This document shows positions 1 through 14,550 of a stretch of 64,000 nt of DNA, piece after piece (within the stretch, counting starts at the first letter, position 1; each line of letters starts with the position of its first letter). The notes beneath the pieces are model-generated. The model worked only from the letters and a program-made list of their open reading frames with translations. It did no database searches and had not been told where the DNA came from. The stretch is from assembly GCA_013239625.1 (NCBI GenBank), contig MU053365.1, positions 1 through 64,000 of the forward strand, read 5' to 3'. Source of the DNA: Lama guanicoe. Taxonomy: Eukaryota. Both the position numbers and the translations under genes were made by a program.

Positions 1-228
1 AGCGGGTTTTGAAGTAAAAGGGGTCTCCCTAGCTGGGAGATAGGAGAAGTACCCCCTGGAAGGGCCAGACACATTCAAGGAACTGAGAAGATAATGTGGC
101 TGGGGCAGTGGAGTTTGTGGCGGGCCCCTAGCCTGACCCCATCAATTCAGGTCCACTGAGAGAGTGTCACCATAGGGGTTTTAAAGGCTGATGTACTGCG
201 AAGTTTCGCTCATTGCCTATAGAAGGAA

Positions 229-283
229 GGTGTGTGTGTGGGGGTGTGTGTGTGTGTGTGTGTGTGGGTGTGAGAGTGTGTGA
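229..283. repeat. Imperfect (TG)n microsatellite
   Basis: Directly visible. Confidence 0.9.
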
Positions 284-3200
284 GATGGTGCGTGCAAAGC
301 TGCCCAGGTGAGGCAGTGCAGACTTCTGTCCTCCACCAGGGAGACTGCGAGGAAGGACAAGCTTTGTCCTACCCTGACAAACCTGGGATTCATCCCTGGT
401 ACCACCGGTGCTGGCGTGAGTCTAAATGAATCACTTTCCCTTTCTGAGCCTCAATTTCTTCATCTGAATGTTGGGCACAGTGTGAACATCTCCCCCTAAG
501 GAGTAATCATAGTTTTTAGTCTATCTGATAGGAGAAAGGATGACATGGGATGGTTCATGTAAGAACAATCTGTGAACCAGAAAGCATCCACTACAAATAG
601 TGGTTGAAGGGGCATCTGGTTTCCCAAGAAGGCTTTGCCAGGTAAGAGTATGGGTGTTTAGGCCTGTGCCTTGAAGCCTGTAGAGGAGAGAGACGCAGAC
701 AGGGAAAAACTCCAGGTTTGAAAGGAGGAGGAAGAACAGTGACTCCGTTGGTTCCTAGTCCCAAAAGTCCTACAGGATGTGGCCTGGTTGGGGACTTGGG
801 GGCCTTCAGGAGTTGGACCAAAGATGTATAGTAGCCCCTGGGGACAATAGGAGGCAGTTTGAGCTGCATCAGTCCAACAGGGTTTGAGAATTAGGGGTTG
901 TATCCGTGCCAGGAATCCGTCAATCTGGGAGTCTCTTCCCTGATCTGTGTGGGAGTTAATGTCAGCCTGCTGCCTCAGGTAATACAGGTCCATAACCTGC
1001 TCTCCACGACTCCATCATCCAGAAATCTTTGGTAATCGAGAGGGTTTTCACCAGCTTGACAACCCTTTTGGTGGTAGAATCAAAAATGGATGGCACAAAG
1101 CTATTTATTTTATCCTGAATGTTCTTTATTTATTCCACTTGTGTTAGTAGTCTTGTGTTTCACTGCAGAGATGTCAGTGTGTTTGCTCAACACTGCCAGG
1201 GTGTTACTGACAAATGCTCTGTGCCCTCTGTCATCTTTCTGATTTCTGAAACTCACTTGGCCACAAGGCTTTTGGACAAAGCATTGTGCATATGTGACAC
1301 TAACACCAGTGAGAACCAGCATTTTTTGAGGACTTACTTAGGCCCAGGGTTCCTGGATGTGTGGCCTTCCTCCAGCCTTTAGCCAGCAGGGATGCCCTTC
1401 CTAAGATAGGCCAGAGTGAGGCCCAGCCCCTGGTCAACTTGGATGGCTTGATACCCCACCTTCTGCCGAATTGCACCAGGATGTGGAATCTCTTTTGATA
1501 CTGACCAGTTTTCTGTGGTGGAAATGGGATGAACCTAGTGCTAAAACTAGGAAGGGCCCTTGGCAAACATGTGTGTACTCCAGTTGTTTATAGCTCTGAA
1601 AACCCAACCACCATCTTGTTTCAGGAAATCCCGTGCCCTGTGCAGTCTCCCAGGGTAATCACACAGAGCCTGGGTTCACCCACAGAATTCTGGGATGTTG
1701 CGTGATTTAGGAGTCTCTGATTTTGAGATGCAGGCGATGACACAGGAAGCTTGGCAGCATCAGGCTCACCCGGTAGGGTTGCCCCTTTCATAGAGTGCTT
1801 TCACAAGTTCCCAGTGGGGAACGCAGCCAGAGGTGATGAACTGGAAGGGCACCACACTGCAGCCTGGGCTGGTTGCTCTACTGTGTGGCCGCCTCTGTCC
1901 CTGAGAAGGCTGTCAGGTAAGTTTGGACCAGATGGAAAGATGCCTCCAGGGAGCGGCACTTGGGTCTCGCTTGCTCCGTGCTTGGTAGCTGGTAATATCA
2001 TTAGGATTAACCTGGACCCTAAATCATTTTCCCTGAGCAAAATTGGGGTTTTCTGCCAGCCCACGATCTGGAAGCTCTCTCTTGCCTGCCCACCCCTGCT
2101 TCTGTGCCTCAGTGACCCTCCCTGTACCCGGGTTGCTCATGAGGACATATGGGGATCACTCTCACAGCGGAGGGCTGAGCAGCCCTGACCAGTGCCCTGG
2201 GCTGTTTGTCTTTGGCAGTGTAGCATCATGGCTAAGAGGCCCAGGTTTAAGTTCCAGCTCTGCTGGTGGTGAGCTCTTGAGCCAGTGATGACCCTTCTCC
2301 AGCCTCAATTTACACATCTGTATGCTAGACATAACAGTGCATGGTCCCTGGGGCAGCAGTGAGGATTCCTTCCACACTTGTTTTTGTGGGGCATCAGCCA
2401 GGCCTGAGGGACCATCAGCCCCTCCCCTCACACAGGAAGCCCCCCAGTGTGAGAATCTTCCTTGAAGCGTCATGATTTCCCTTCCCCGAGGCTCTTTGTA
2501 AAGATAGATCTGGGGGAGTAAGCAGAAAACATCCCTAGATGGAAGAGGAACAGGAAAACCCAGGAGGAAGGGGATGACCAAATGTAACTAACTCATTCAG
2601 ATGCATGTGATGCAAATGGAGAAAAAGTCATCTGTCACTCAGTGCGATACTTACAAGATCTGATTAGGCATTTCTGTTCTGTTTTGTTTTAAGCTTATCG
2701 CATTTCATCTCTTATTTTAAGGAAATGAATCACCAATGAGGCAGTGCCAGCAAACACCAGCGCTTGGGCGGCCCCTGGTGGAGGCTTTTAGGAATTCCCT
2801 ACTTTCCGGCTTTGACGGCACTAGGGTTGCCTGCTCCAAGCTCTAGAGGCCTGTCCGCCCACCTAGAGCTGAACTGGATGAATCAGTGAACGGCACGATG
2901 GAAAAGTCTGGGCTTGCAAAGAAAAGGAAGGAAGAACAGTGGAAAGAGAAGAGGAGGGGAGGGAAAGGAAAGATGGTTCCCAGGATGATGCAAGATATCC
3001 AGAGTCAAACGGGACTGGGACCAACCTCTTCTGTAATGAATCATCTCACCTTATAAAGTTCTTAGCACAGTGTATGACTTAGGGCAGGAGCTCAGCAAAT
3101 GTCAAGGCTGCGGTGATGCCCATTCCCTCTTCTGCCCCTTCACGTTCCACAGGGCTTTACTTCTGTGTCAACAGAATCAGATTCTGGTTGGGATCCAATT

Positions 3201-4319
3201 GATTTTTACTGCCCCTAGGGTCCCCAGCTAGAAAGTAAGCTCTTCCTGTCGTATCATAAACCTCAGGGCAACCCAGACCCTGCTCCATCCACGTGGCACC
3301 CCCAGGAAGTTAGAGGACCATCCAGCACCTCTTGAGACAGCCACCCTGGGAACAGGGTGCTCGGTGCCCCTCACATTCGGTGGCAACCACAGCCCACATC
3401 AGGCCCCTTCTCAGATCCAGTTCATATGCTCACAGAGACCAGAGCTCTGCCTGCCTTCTCATCCAAGTAATTCTGATCATGCTTCTCATCCCAGTGATCC
3501 CTTGAAATCCAACAAAGACGCTAGCCCTGTGGATACAGCAGTGAATAGAAGGGGCAGAGCCTGCCCTCAAGGAATACCATCTGAGGGTCCCGGATCCAGA
3601 ATGAGAGCCAAGCCTTGGATTCTGCCCTGAACCCTTATCCTTCTGCTATGGCAGGATGTTGTGGAATATTTACCAATAGACTGATGTGTTCTGCCCTCAC
3701 TCCCTGATGTTAAAAGTGGGAGTACAATAGAAGTCCAAGGGCAAGGGAACTTATGCTCCCTGGCAGACGGTACCCTGGAAAGTACACAGTCCTAGGACTC
3801 CCCTCACATCAGCATGACCCAGCTGTAGAATTGCCTGGGGCAGCCCCCTGTGCTTCCTGTGGCACTAAAGTGGCATGGGAAAGCAGCTGAATTTACCTGT
3901 GCCCCCATGAAGAAGTGTGTGAGTGTGTGTGTGTAAGAAAGAAAGAGTCACCCTCCAAAGGATGTCACAGTGGAATGTGGTGTGGGCCATGAAGCTAGAA
4001 ACTAGGTTAGGATGGCACCTCATTGGAAACCAGCATGAAGGGGTACTTTCTTTGAGGGCCAGAAGGGATGTACATTGCAGTGGATGCTGGCATGTACAGT
4101 TGCCAATGACAAGGACTTGATGCTCTCTTGGTTTCTCCAGATGCCATGAACCTGAATAAGCCTCACAGAATTTGGTGATAGCCTGGTACCAAGGAGAAAA
4201 TCCTGAATTGCTGAATAACAAGACTTAGTAATTAGTAAGAAAACTCTGAAGTAACTGGGAGACTATGGAATTAAGTTTTCTTTCATTTAGTGGAATTGAG
4301 GTTGAAAACATGGCTCATT

Positions 4320-4950
4320 TGTGGTAGGTAGAATTCTACATGGCCCCCAAGTTTCTTACCCCCATAGTACATATGTGCTTGTATAATCCCCTCCCCTTGT
4401 CCTTCTATGGGTATAATGGGCTACTTATGGACAATAGAATGTGGCAAAGGTGAAGGGATTTTGCAGATGTAATTAAGGTCCCTAATCTGTTGACTTTGAG
4501 TTAATCAAAAGAAGATTATCCTTGGTGGTTGTGACCTCATCAGGTGAGACTTTCTAAAAAGGGCCAGGCCTCCCCTTAAGTTATAGAGATTCCCCTTCTG
4601 GCCTTGAAGGAGTAGACTACTATGTGAGAGCACCTGTGGGAGGGCCATCTGGCCAAGAACTGTAAGTGGTCTCTAGAGGCCGAGAGTGGCCCTTGGCTGG
4701 TCACCAGCAAGAAAATGGGCACCTCAGTCCTATACCCACGAGGAACTGAGTTCTGCCAACAACCTGAATAGGTTGGAAGACAACCCAGGGCCTCAGATGA
4801 GAATACAGCCCTGGCAAGCACATTGATTGCAGCTTTGTGAAACCCTGAGCAGAAGACCCAGTTAAACTGCACCCAGACTTCTGACCCAAGGAAACTATGA
4901 GATGATAAGTGGATGTTGTTTACAGCCACTAAGATTTGCTATGTAGCACT
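4320..4950 (+). mobile_element. MaLR LTR (MLT1-type)
   Basis: TGTGGTAGG..GAAT start, GATTTTGCAGATGTAATTAAGGT, and 3' TGTTGTTT..AGCCACTAAG hallmarks. Confidence 0.75.
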
Positions 4951-5430
4951 TTATTGGTCCCTCTCCCTCATTCACTGAAGACTTGGACACCTGGGTCACA
5001 GGCTTCCTTGGCATCCTGAGTCCTGCCATCATCCGGGGTGATTTCAGTATCTACCCGGGCAGGCTATGCCACTCACAAATCCTTGACTTCTCCCTGACCT
5101 CTGACAATCTCTCTTCCTCCCCACCTCAGCCCCCCACCTTCAAGGCCAAATCCTAGACCTTTTCATCATCAGGATCTGCTCCACCTCAGACATCTTACAC
5201 TTCAGGTCCCACTCTCTAACTAAAACCAGTTCTTTCTCAAACTCTTAACCATTGTCACCCAAACTGCTCTCTCACTGGCCATCTCCATTTGCTCTCACTC
5301 TTGTCCTGCTGCTGCTAATGCCCAATAAAATGACAACAACAGAATTGTACCACCGGTCCCCGCGATTTTCTATCTCAGCTTACCTTCTCCACAGCCCATC
5401 AATCTAATTACATTTTGAAATGTTTCAAGT

Positions 5431-5903
5431 TGTATTACTTTGCTAGGGCTGCTGTGACTAAGTACCACAAACTAGGTGGCTTAGAACAACACAAGTTTAT
5501 TGTCTTATAATTCTGGAAGCAGGAAGTCTGAAATCAAGGTATTAGCAGAGCTATAGTCCCTCTGAAACTAGTAAAAGAAGGATCCTTCTGTGCCTCTCCC
5601 AGCTTCTGGTGGTTTACAGGCATTTTTTCCCATTCCTTAGCTTGTAGATGTGTCACTCCAATCCATCTGCATGTGGGCATCTTCCTTCTGTGTGTGCTTG
5701 TGTCTGTGGCCAAATTTCTCCTTTCGATAAGGGCATCAGTCACATTAGATTAGGTAACACCTTAATGACCTGATTTTAACTTGATTACCTCTGTAAAGAC
5801 CTCATTTCCAAATAAGGTCACATGCTGACATCCTGGGGATTAGGACTTCAACAGATCTTTTTTTTTTTTTTTTGGAAAGGGGAGACACAGCTCAACCCAT
5901 AAG
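5431..5903 (-). mobile_element. MaLR LTR (MLT1-type)
   Basis: GGGCTGCTGTGAC..AAGTACCACAAACTAGGTGGCTTA ... TTTCCAAATAAGGTCACA. Confidence 0.75.
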
Positions 5904-6499
5904 AATAGTCAAAGAGAACAGAAGGCTTATAATGCAAAGCAAAGATCCTGTGCTCTACCCCTCAACACCCCATTCTCATTTTAAATGTTTCTAGTTTCAG
6001 TTCTTCTGGTAGTTTGCCTCTGTCTTTGTAAATACTATGCTTATATCTGTATCAACTTTTATATGTTGTTGTCAACATTCTGCTGACTTCCTGCTATGCT
6101 AGATGAGACTATAGTTCACTCATCCTTTCCTCTTTTTAAGTATATATTTTAAACTCTTGATTATGGTGACTGATCAAAAATATACGACAGTCCAGAATAT
6201 TGTATAATGAAACTCATGTGCTCATCACTGCATTTCATCAGTTATCAACTCATGACCAATTTCTTTTATCTCTCCCTACCATTTTCCCTTTTCCTCTTAA
6301 TATATAGATATATCACTTTTCAGCTATTCTATTGGCTACTTTTGTATCTTTAAATAATATCCCCATACCTCTGTTTCTCTTTCTATCAACTAGGAACAAA
6401 AAACTATTGATTTTCCACTTTGTAATGATGATATTAATGTGCCTACACTTCTCTCCACTTCTCTTCCTTGCGTCCTCTTCCCAACTTTCTGTCAGTTGT

Positions 6500-6920
6500 T
6501 GTTGCAGGTTGGGTTCCCACAGAAGCAGGCTCTAAGATGAGATTAATATGCAGGAGTTTCTTTGGGCGTTCTCTCAGGATCAATGTCTGTGGAAGGGAAG
6601 AGAAATGAAGGAAAGGAATCAGGATTTGGCGGGTGAAGAAGGTGGATTGTGGTGCAGTCTCAAAAAAGGCTCCAGCCAACCCTCTGAAGCTGGGATGGTC
6701 TTTCAGAGATGTCCTAAGTTGGGGCAAGAGACTGCAGCTCTCTACCTCCAAGTTGAATCACTGAATGTGGGCTTACCGAATAGGAGTCTGACCTTGACTG
6801 AGGTGATTGTTTTTATTCAAGGCAATTTTTGAGGAGGGCTGACGGCACTCAAGCCAGCTATGAAAATAAGGATTTTGGTGTTAAGGGAGTCCTGAGCAGT
6901 ACATAACAGCACCATCATAG
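6500..6920 (-). mobile_element. ERVL-class LTR remnant (LTR16/LTR33-like)
   Basis: GCAGGTTGGGTTCCC..AGAAGCAGGCTCT end motif, recognised from memory. Confidence 0.5.
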
Positions 6921-7439
6921 CTGTATTTGTACTTTTCCATTGTCCATTGTTCTTTAACCATAATTAAGTCTTCTGGGCTTTGTTACAGATTGATTCTCAA
7001 AGTTGAAGAACAAACAACTGTGTTTGCAGTATGATGACTATGGTAATGTTATTCATGACAGTAGGATGTAGGCTTAAGATTCCATTTCCATTTCTGTCCT
7101 TACAGTCATTACCCACTGGCTGCGCAGATGAGAATGCTCAAATGTTCAAATGTTCTCCTTGTTTTATACCTTTAACTTTTTGTCACAAATCTTACCCAGG
7201 TTCTAGTTTGCTTTATATTAAACCATGACTTTTTTTTTTATAGTTTTTGTTTTTCCTGGAGTTACTGATTGCATGTTTTGTAGACGGGAACCTAGAGCTA
7301 TGCCTTCTTATAGCCATACCGGTAATATCTTTTAGCTTCTTATTCTATTTATGTCCTGGAATCCATCCCATTCTTATTGAAGGTCACTGGCTTCTGTACC
7401 AATTTGAACTGGTTGCTTAATATTTGGTGAGACTCTTTT

Positions 7440-7583
7440 TTAAATTTTATTTTATTGAGTTATAGTCATTTTACAATGTTGTGTCAAATTCCAGTGTAGA
7501 GCACAATTTTCAGTTATACATGAACATACATATATTCATTGTCACTTTCTTTTTCCCCGTGAGCTACCACAAGATCTTGTATA
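7440..7583 (-). mobile_element. Short, 5'-truncated lineage L1 3' end
   Basis: T-rich tail then TTACAATGTTGTGTCAAATTCCAGTGTAGAGCACAAT, typical of artiodactyl L1 3' ends. Confidence 0.6.
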
Positions 7584-7789
7584 GAAACTTTTAGAGACTT
7601 TTGTTTTCTTGTTGTGTTTTGGGCACTCTATGCTTTTAACATATACCTGAGTTCTTCTAGTATCTCAGTTGTACTACCTAGTGAATGAAATTCCCTTATT
7701 TCCTGGAGATCTTCCTCCCAGAGTCTCAATCTGAACTGGTTATTCTCTAGGCCTGCTGCACAGTTGCCATGCTGGAGAATTTCCTAAAT

Positions 7790-7985
7790 AAATGTAGAAT
7801 TGCTAATTAAGTAAATATGTATTAACTTTATATTTAATATAATTAAATTTATTAAATATATCTATTAAATATGTATTTAATATAATATATAAATTAAATA
7901 CTTTACCATAATGAATGTATATATCACTTCCTAATGATGTATGATATATTACATATTATATATATCCTTTATATATATAAGTTAT
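7790..7985. repeat. AT-rich low-complexity tract
   Basis: Mostly A/T with TATA/TAAA repeats. Confidence 0.7.
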
Positions 7986-8464
7986 GGTGATGGTAGTGAT
8001 AGTGGCCTGCACTTCCATACACTTCCTTCAGTTGCTTGAGTACATCCTTAAGTAACCTCCTCAGAAAGGGTTGAGTAGGAGGTAAGGTTTTGAATTTTAG
8101 CATTTCTGAAAAAGTCTTTCTTCTGTTTTCATACTCGTTTGATAGTTTGGCTATGTATAAAACTTCACGCTGAAATTTTATATACTTTTTTTAATCTCTG
8201 CAAGCTTTTAGAATCCTTTCCTATCCTTGGTGTTCTGAACCTTCACAAAACTATCCATAAGCTTGGGTATGTTTTCATTCATTGTGCTAGGTAGTCAGTA
8301 AACCTTTTCAGTATAAACTGGTTTTTTTTTAGCTCTAAAGTTACTTTTCTAATATATCTTTAATTTCCTCCCATTTTTTCTTTTCTATTTCTATAACTTA
8401 GTAAAATATTGGCCTTCCTAGTTGTCTCATATCTTCTTTCATATTTCCTAGGTTTTGTTTTGCC

Positions 8465-9120
8465 TATTTTATTGAGGTGTAACTTACACTAAAGTGCACA
8501 AATCTCAGGTGTAGAGCTTAATTTTTTTCATATGTACTCACTCATGTAATTACTAATCAGATAAAATACCAGAACATTTCCAGCACCCCTGAAGACTTCC
8601 TCATGCCCCCCTCCTCTTCAATACTATTCTGACCTTATCACCACAGATTGGCTTTGCTGTTCTATAACTTCATATTAATGTCACTGCACACTAGGCATTC
8701 TTTGATGTCTGGATTTTTGTAACTGATGTTATATTTGGGGGATTGAACTATGTTGTTGCTTGTATCAGTAGTTTGTTCTTTTTACTGCTGCATTGTATTC
8801 CATTTTGTGATTATCTCACAGTTTTTCTATCCAAAAGATTAGATACAATGGAGGACATTTAGTTTGCTCCCAGTTCGGGGCTATTACAAATAATACTATG
8901 AACATTGTTGTTCATGCCTTTTGGAGTCCAGAAGTCTCACATCCGTCAGGGAGGCATATGCCTTTTGGTGGAGTTGCCAGTTCATGGGGTAGGCACGCAT
9001 TTAACGTTAGCTTTGGTAAATACTGTCACAAAGTTTTCCAAAATGGCTATATCAGTGAACACTCTTACAGGCAACATGTGAGAGTCTGAATTGCTCCACC
9101 TTTTTGCCAGCACTTGGTGG
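8465..9120 (-). mobile_element. Old L1 (L1M) 3' fragment
   Basis: TTTATTGAGGTGTAACTTACA..AAAGTGCACAAATC; GGACATTTAG..TGGGGCTATTACAAATAAT..CTATGAACATT. Confidence 0.65.
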
Positions 9121-9974
9121 TCTCCTTTCCTGATTTCTGTTCTGCATTTTAAATCTTTCTCTCATCTTGATTTTTCAGTTCTTTTATTGAATATTTAATT
9201 TTGCCACCATAGTTTTAATTTCCAGGTGATCTTTCACGTTCTTTTGTAATTTTTCCATGGCCATCTATTCTTGTTTAATATATTCAATAGCTTCTCAAAT
9301 CTTTCTGATGATATTAATAAAATATATTTTTATTTGTCCTTTTAAAATTATTCTGTTTTGTCCCCTAGTCATCTGTTTCATCTAGGACCAGCTTTGCTAT
9401 TTGTCTTTCTTGATATTTCTCTGTCACCTCATACGAATGTTTGGCCTTTCTTCGTCGTCTGACTACACTCAGCAATGAGGCCGACTGGCAGCTCTCTGCG
9501 CAGGTGGGAATTGCTGATTTGCAGGCTGCGTTTTAAGATGAAGAGGCGGTGTGCTGATGGTTTTGTTGGGGGTCCTCCAAAATGTCAAAATTTGGAGAGT
9601 TTTTTTTTTTTTTGGTGGTGGTGGTTTCAATACCCACTCCAGCTTTCCCAGCCCTACCCCTAGACAATTTATTCAATTTCTTTAGAAGAGAACCCTTCAT
9701 TTTTTCATTTGTGGGTTAAATACTAGCTTTGGGGCCTTCTGGGGAAGATTAATGTCCCTATGGAAACCTTCAGTTAACCTCTCTGGCTTAAGTCCCATGT
9801 CTTACTCTGCCCACTGTCATACCTGCTATCTCTGAGTTGGGAGACTGTCTAGGCTAAGTTTGTTCCCTCCTTAGATGAAGTCCCTTTGTAGGTATTCTAG
9901 ACTGTGGCTTCATCAGTCTCCACTGTGGCAAATTTGGTAGAATTTTTAAGCCATTGCAGGTCCCCTCCCATTTT

Positions 9975-10790
9975 TTTTTACTTAAAAATTGAGATAAAAT
10001 TCATATAAAATTAACCATTTTAAAGTAAACAATTCAGTAGCATTTAGTGCATTCACAGTGTTGTACAGCCACCACCTCTATCTAGTTTCAAAACAATTTT
10101 ACCATCCCCGAGGGAAGCCCTGTACATATTAAGCAGTTACTCCCCAACCCCTCTCCTCCAACCCCTGGCAACCATCGATTTGTGTTCCATCTCTATAATC
10201 TACTCTGAATATTTCACACAAATGGAATCATACAATATGTGACCCTTTGTGTCTCGATTTCTTCAGTTAGTGTAATGCTTTCGAAAGTCATCCATAGTGT
10301 GGCATGCATCAGTACTTCATTCCGTGTATATGGCTGCATAATGTCCCATTGTATGTGTATACCACAATTCACTTATCCATTCTCCTGTTGATGGACATTT
10401 TGGCTTGTTCCACTTTTGCCTATTGTGATGTGCTGCTATGAACAAGCATGTACATATATTTGTTTGAGTACCAGTTTTCAGACCTTCTGGGTATATAGCT
10501 GAGAGTAGAACTGCTCAGTCATATGGTCATTCTGCATTTAACTTTTTGAGGAACTGAAAACTGTTTTCCACAGTACCTGAATCATTTTACATTTCTAAGG
10601 GCAATGTATAAGTAGGGTTCCAATTTCTCAACATCCTCACCAATGCTTGTTAGTTTTAGGTTTTTTTTTTTATAAGAATCAGCCTAGTGGGTGTGAACTG
10701 CTACTTTGCAGTGGTTTTGATGTACACTTCCCTTATAACGAGTGAATATGAGCATCCCCTCCAATCCTTTCTTGCTGGCAGGTTATATTG
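9975..10790 (-). mobile_element. L1MB-like 3' fragment
   Basis: Typical L1M 3' UTR and ORF2-end text on the - strand. Confidence 0.75.
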
Positions 10791-10844
10791 TCTTTGTTCC
10801 TTCATGATGATTTCAAAGGGCAGAAGAGAAATGGTCGACACAGA

Positions 10845-11253
10845 GATGTGGCACCTGAGCCCCCTCCCAGTGGAGGTTTTGCCCCAGCTGCTGGGAGGGC
10901 AGCCCTTCAGGGCTGTCTTCCCCTTCAGGGCTTGCCTCAGCTGCAGACAGCTGCCTTGCCCAAGATCACAAACCTCCAAGGGTAGCCATGTCCAGTGACT
11001 TCTCAGGATGATGTAGAAATACCTGGCTATCTCAGCCTAACTCGGGACAACTCTGAAGGGCTATTCTCACTCTAGACTGCCCTGTAGGGTTAACCAAGGC
11101 CTGTAGCACAGCTCGACTCTTCTTTCTGTTCATGCTTGCTCCCTTCCCACCCTTTCCAAGGGTATTTCTCACAAAGGCACTCCCTAGGAAACATCCTGCA
11201 CACTTAACTCTGTTTTAGAGTCAGCTTTCTGATGAACCCAACCCATAAGAGAC
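10845..11253 (+). mobile_element. ERVL-class LTR remnant (LTR33-like)
   Basis: Ends AGAGTCAGCTTTCTGATGAACCCAACC..GACA, a reverse-complement relative of 6500-6540. Confidence 0.5.
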
Positions 11254-12183
11254 AATATATGCATGTTCCTGGTTAGTTAACTTGAGCTGGAAGTGGAACC
11301 AATCAGTATTTCTTTCATATTCCAGAAATATATTTAATATTTGCTTTGTAGAAACTATTTTATATAGAAAGATTGGGACTGTGTGCTTTGGATGCCCCTA
11401 TGAAATCTCATGTAGGCACTGAGCTACAAAGTGCCAATCCTGAGACATGTGAGGCCAGATGTTGTGATGCTTTCAGCTGAATCTTTTCGTTTTTTGTGTG
11501 TGAAACGAGGTTACTCCCTTAAAAACTCCTTGATGAACTGAAGCCACCATGTGAAGGCAGCTGATATTGAGGAAAGTATTTCACATTCTGGTCTGTTGGG
11601 GTGTTTAATAAATACTTTGAAATATCAGCTTTGAAATTTCAGTCTTGAGAGTCATTAAAGTCAAGGGTGTCTACAGCAATCAGGGCTGCTTTATGATCCT
11701 GAAATGGGACCATGTGTCCAACGAAGTCAGTCTTAAGTTTTTGCTTTCATGTCTTCTCCACCATCATCTCCCTCTACTTCTCTATTTCATCTTTCCAGCC
11801 TCTCCAGTTGCCCTACAAGTTCAATCTCAGCTGTGCCTGTGGCCTCCTGGCTTTTGTTGGAACATTGAAGGAACATTGCCTCCCCTTTTCCCTCAGTCTT
11901 TTCTTTGATGATGGCCATAGCTAGATTGAGGACAGAGAAGCCATCTTTTCTGTCCAGAATTGCGTAGCCATCATACACCCTGTTGGAGCTGGTGGATTAG
12001 TCTTAGTGGGCGTGGTTCCTGTGGAACAATTCAAACCTGCTCCCATGGACTCTAATGGCATTAATACTTTCATAATCATAAGAAGCCACTTCCACATCTG
12101 CTTGAGTTTTGTTAGGATCACCCATGGAAGGGATCTGACCTTGGAGTCAAAGGTCAATTCATTTCATGAATGAGTAATGTTGT

Positions 12184-12745
12184 TGTATTCATTTTGTATT
12201 GCTTCATAACAAGTTACCACAAATTTAGTGGCTTAAAACAACACACATTTATTAGTTCAGAGTTTTGGTGGGTCAGGAGTCCAGGCACAGCTTAGCTGAA
12301 TCCTCTGCTCAGGGTCTCACAAGGCTGCCATGGAGGTGTTGGCCAGGCTGCGTTCTCTAGGGGAGTAAAGAGTCCTCTATCAAACTCACGTGGTTGTTGG
12401 CCCAATCCATTTCCTTGTGGTTCTAGGATCGAGTTATCTTGGCTTCTTACTGGCTGTTGGCTGGAGGCCACCCTCAGGTCCTAAAGGCCACCCACAGTTC
12501 CCTGCCATGTGGCTCCCTCTAGTGGCAGGTACAATATGGGTTTTCCAAGGCCAGCAAGAAATCTCTAGTGTGTGTCAGCAAGATGGATTCCTGTGCACAT
12601 CATAATGTGCTCACAGGTGCGACATCCCACCTCACCTTTGCCATATTCTATTGATTAGAAGTGCAGGCTCCACCAACACCCAATGGGAGGGGCTTATCCA
12701 TGGGCATGACTCATTGGTGCTCATCCTAGGGTGTATCCACCACAG
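12184..12745 (-). mobile_element. MaLR LTR (MLT1-type)
   Basis: TTACCACAAATTTAGTGGCTTAAAACAACAC...TCTGCTCAGGGTCTCACAAGGCTGC; inverted relative of 4320-4950. Confidence 0.75.
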
Positions 12746-13839
12746 CTGTCAATGAATGCTACCAGTACATCTTTATTCAAATTTAAAGTCTTCCAGAAAG
12801 ATGCCAATGAGACTGCATGCTCAAATGCTCATAGGCCTCATGTCTGGTCTCTCCTATCTGTCATCAGAGGCCTGACTGGTCCAGAACAGGCTCTCCAGTT
12901 GCCCCTTTTCCACATACTCCAACACCTCAGCAACAAGTCAGAGAATGCTTGAATCAGTGTCAGATTGGCTGAATTTTTTCACATCTGATTGCTTCCTCTG
13001 GAGAAACTCTCTTTTTGACAAATTGAAAGTCCACCTCTGTGACAGCGATCTGCTTGTGCTGCTGTCCCTCCTCTCCTCAGATCGTGTGTGCTGTTGTGGG
13101 GGGGGTGAGTGGTGGCAGGAAAGGACCAGTCTGTCTCCTTATTCCTCATGTACCCTTCTTGCCTCCCGCCCCTGGGCCTGGATGGGATGGTGCTCAGGGA
13201 ACGTTTGCCAACTTGAACTGAGTCCACAAAAGAACTGCAGGCATTTTTAAAGGCAGGAGCTGTGTGTGAATTTTGCCCCATTTCTTTCTTTGGTCTTTAC
13301 TGAATTCTGTTTTATCGATGGCTTTTTGATAAGGCCAAGTATGATATCATTTAGTCCTTAGTTCATAAGCTCACAGGAGGCACCTGTTGCTATGAGAATG
13401 CATTCCAGATGCCAGGGAAAGAGGAAATAAGGATGAGAGCAATTTTCTAAGTACACACTGGAGTACTGCTGACGCCAGGCTCAGAGTATCCTGAGACATC
13501 GAGGCCATACTTTGGGGAGGGAAAGGGCAGCTACCAATACAAGGAAAGTGTCAGGATGAGGAGGGACAGCTATCTGAAGCCTGGCAGCTTGGGCACTTGG
13601 CTGGGGCTGGCCCACCCTGAGGGACTCAGTGTGCTCTGGCCTGGGGAGTGCAGGTAGAGTCTGGCCCTTCCTCCGGGACGCCAGCCAGGCTGTAGTGTGA
13701 ATAGCCACCTGGGCTGGGGCCCGAAGAAACAGCAAAGCTGGTGCAGCAGCAAGGGCAGCAGGCTGCATGCGATGCCTGTGCTCTGTCTACCAACTGAGGA
13801 GGCTCCCCCTCAAGGAAAGCCACCCTGTGCCTCCACATC

Positions 13840-13995
13840 CTGGCTAGGTGCCAGGTCAAGTGATTTAGCCTTTTTGAGTTTTAATTTCTGGATCCGTAAA
13901 ACAGGAATAATGGTAGCATTTAGCTCACGGTGTTGAGGTGAGGAGAAAATTTGTACATTGCCTGGGGTATAGGAAGCCCCCAGTAACAATACTAA
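13840..13995 (+). mobile_element. MIR fragment
   Basis: CAAGTGATTTAGCCT...GTAAAACAGGAATAAT core. Confidence 0.5.
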
Positions 13996-14229
13996 TATTT
14001 ATGCATTCCTGTGCTCAAAAAAAGAAAAAGTTTCCAATCTGCCTGGCATTGTGTTAGGTTATTTCAGTGGAGGCTGGGAAGAGTCAGAGACAGAGGGTTG
14101 TGATGTCCTTCCAGCCTTCAGCCCCAGGCAGACAGTGAATTGATTCTTGCCACCGAAAGAGTTATGACCTTCACCCCACCCATCTCCTACCTGCTGCCCA
14201 TCTGTTTCCCGGCCAGTGACACCAGCCTC

Positions 14230-14550
14230 TGGGCCATGGTCTAACACTGTCAAGCATGCTCTCCACAATGGCTTCTCCCTCACCTCCTTCAAGCTTTTGT
14301 TCAAATGTCACTTTACTAGTGAGGCTTTGCCTGGCCACTCCGTAGAAAATAACATGAAACTCCCCACGCGCCCCACACCCCCATATTATTTTTCTCCAGA
14401 CCACACATGCCCACTGCCATTCAATGTTTATTTGGTCATTTACTGTCTGCAAGCTCCACCAAGGCAGGGACTTAGGACTCCCAAGCCGCCAACAGTGCTT
14501 GGTATACATATCTGAGGATACTTAAAAAGTATTTATTGAACAAGTGCATA
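14230..14550 (+). mobile_element. L2 3' fragment
   Basis: TTCAAATGTCACTT..GTGAGGC; CAAGCTCCA..GGCAGGGAC; ACAGTGCTTGG..ATTTATTGAA. Confidence 0.55.
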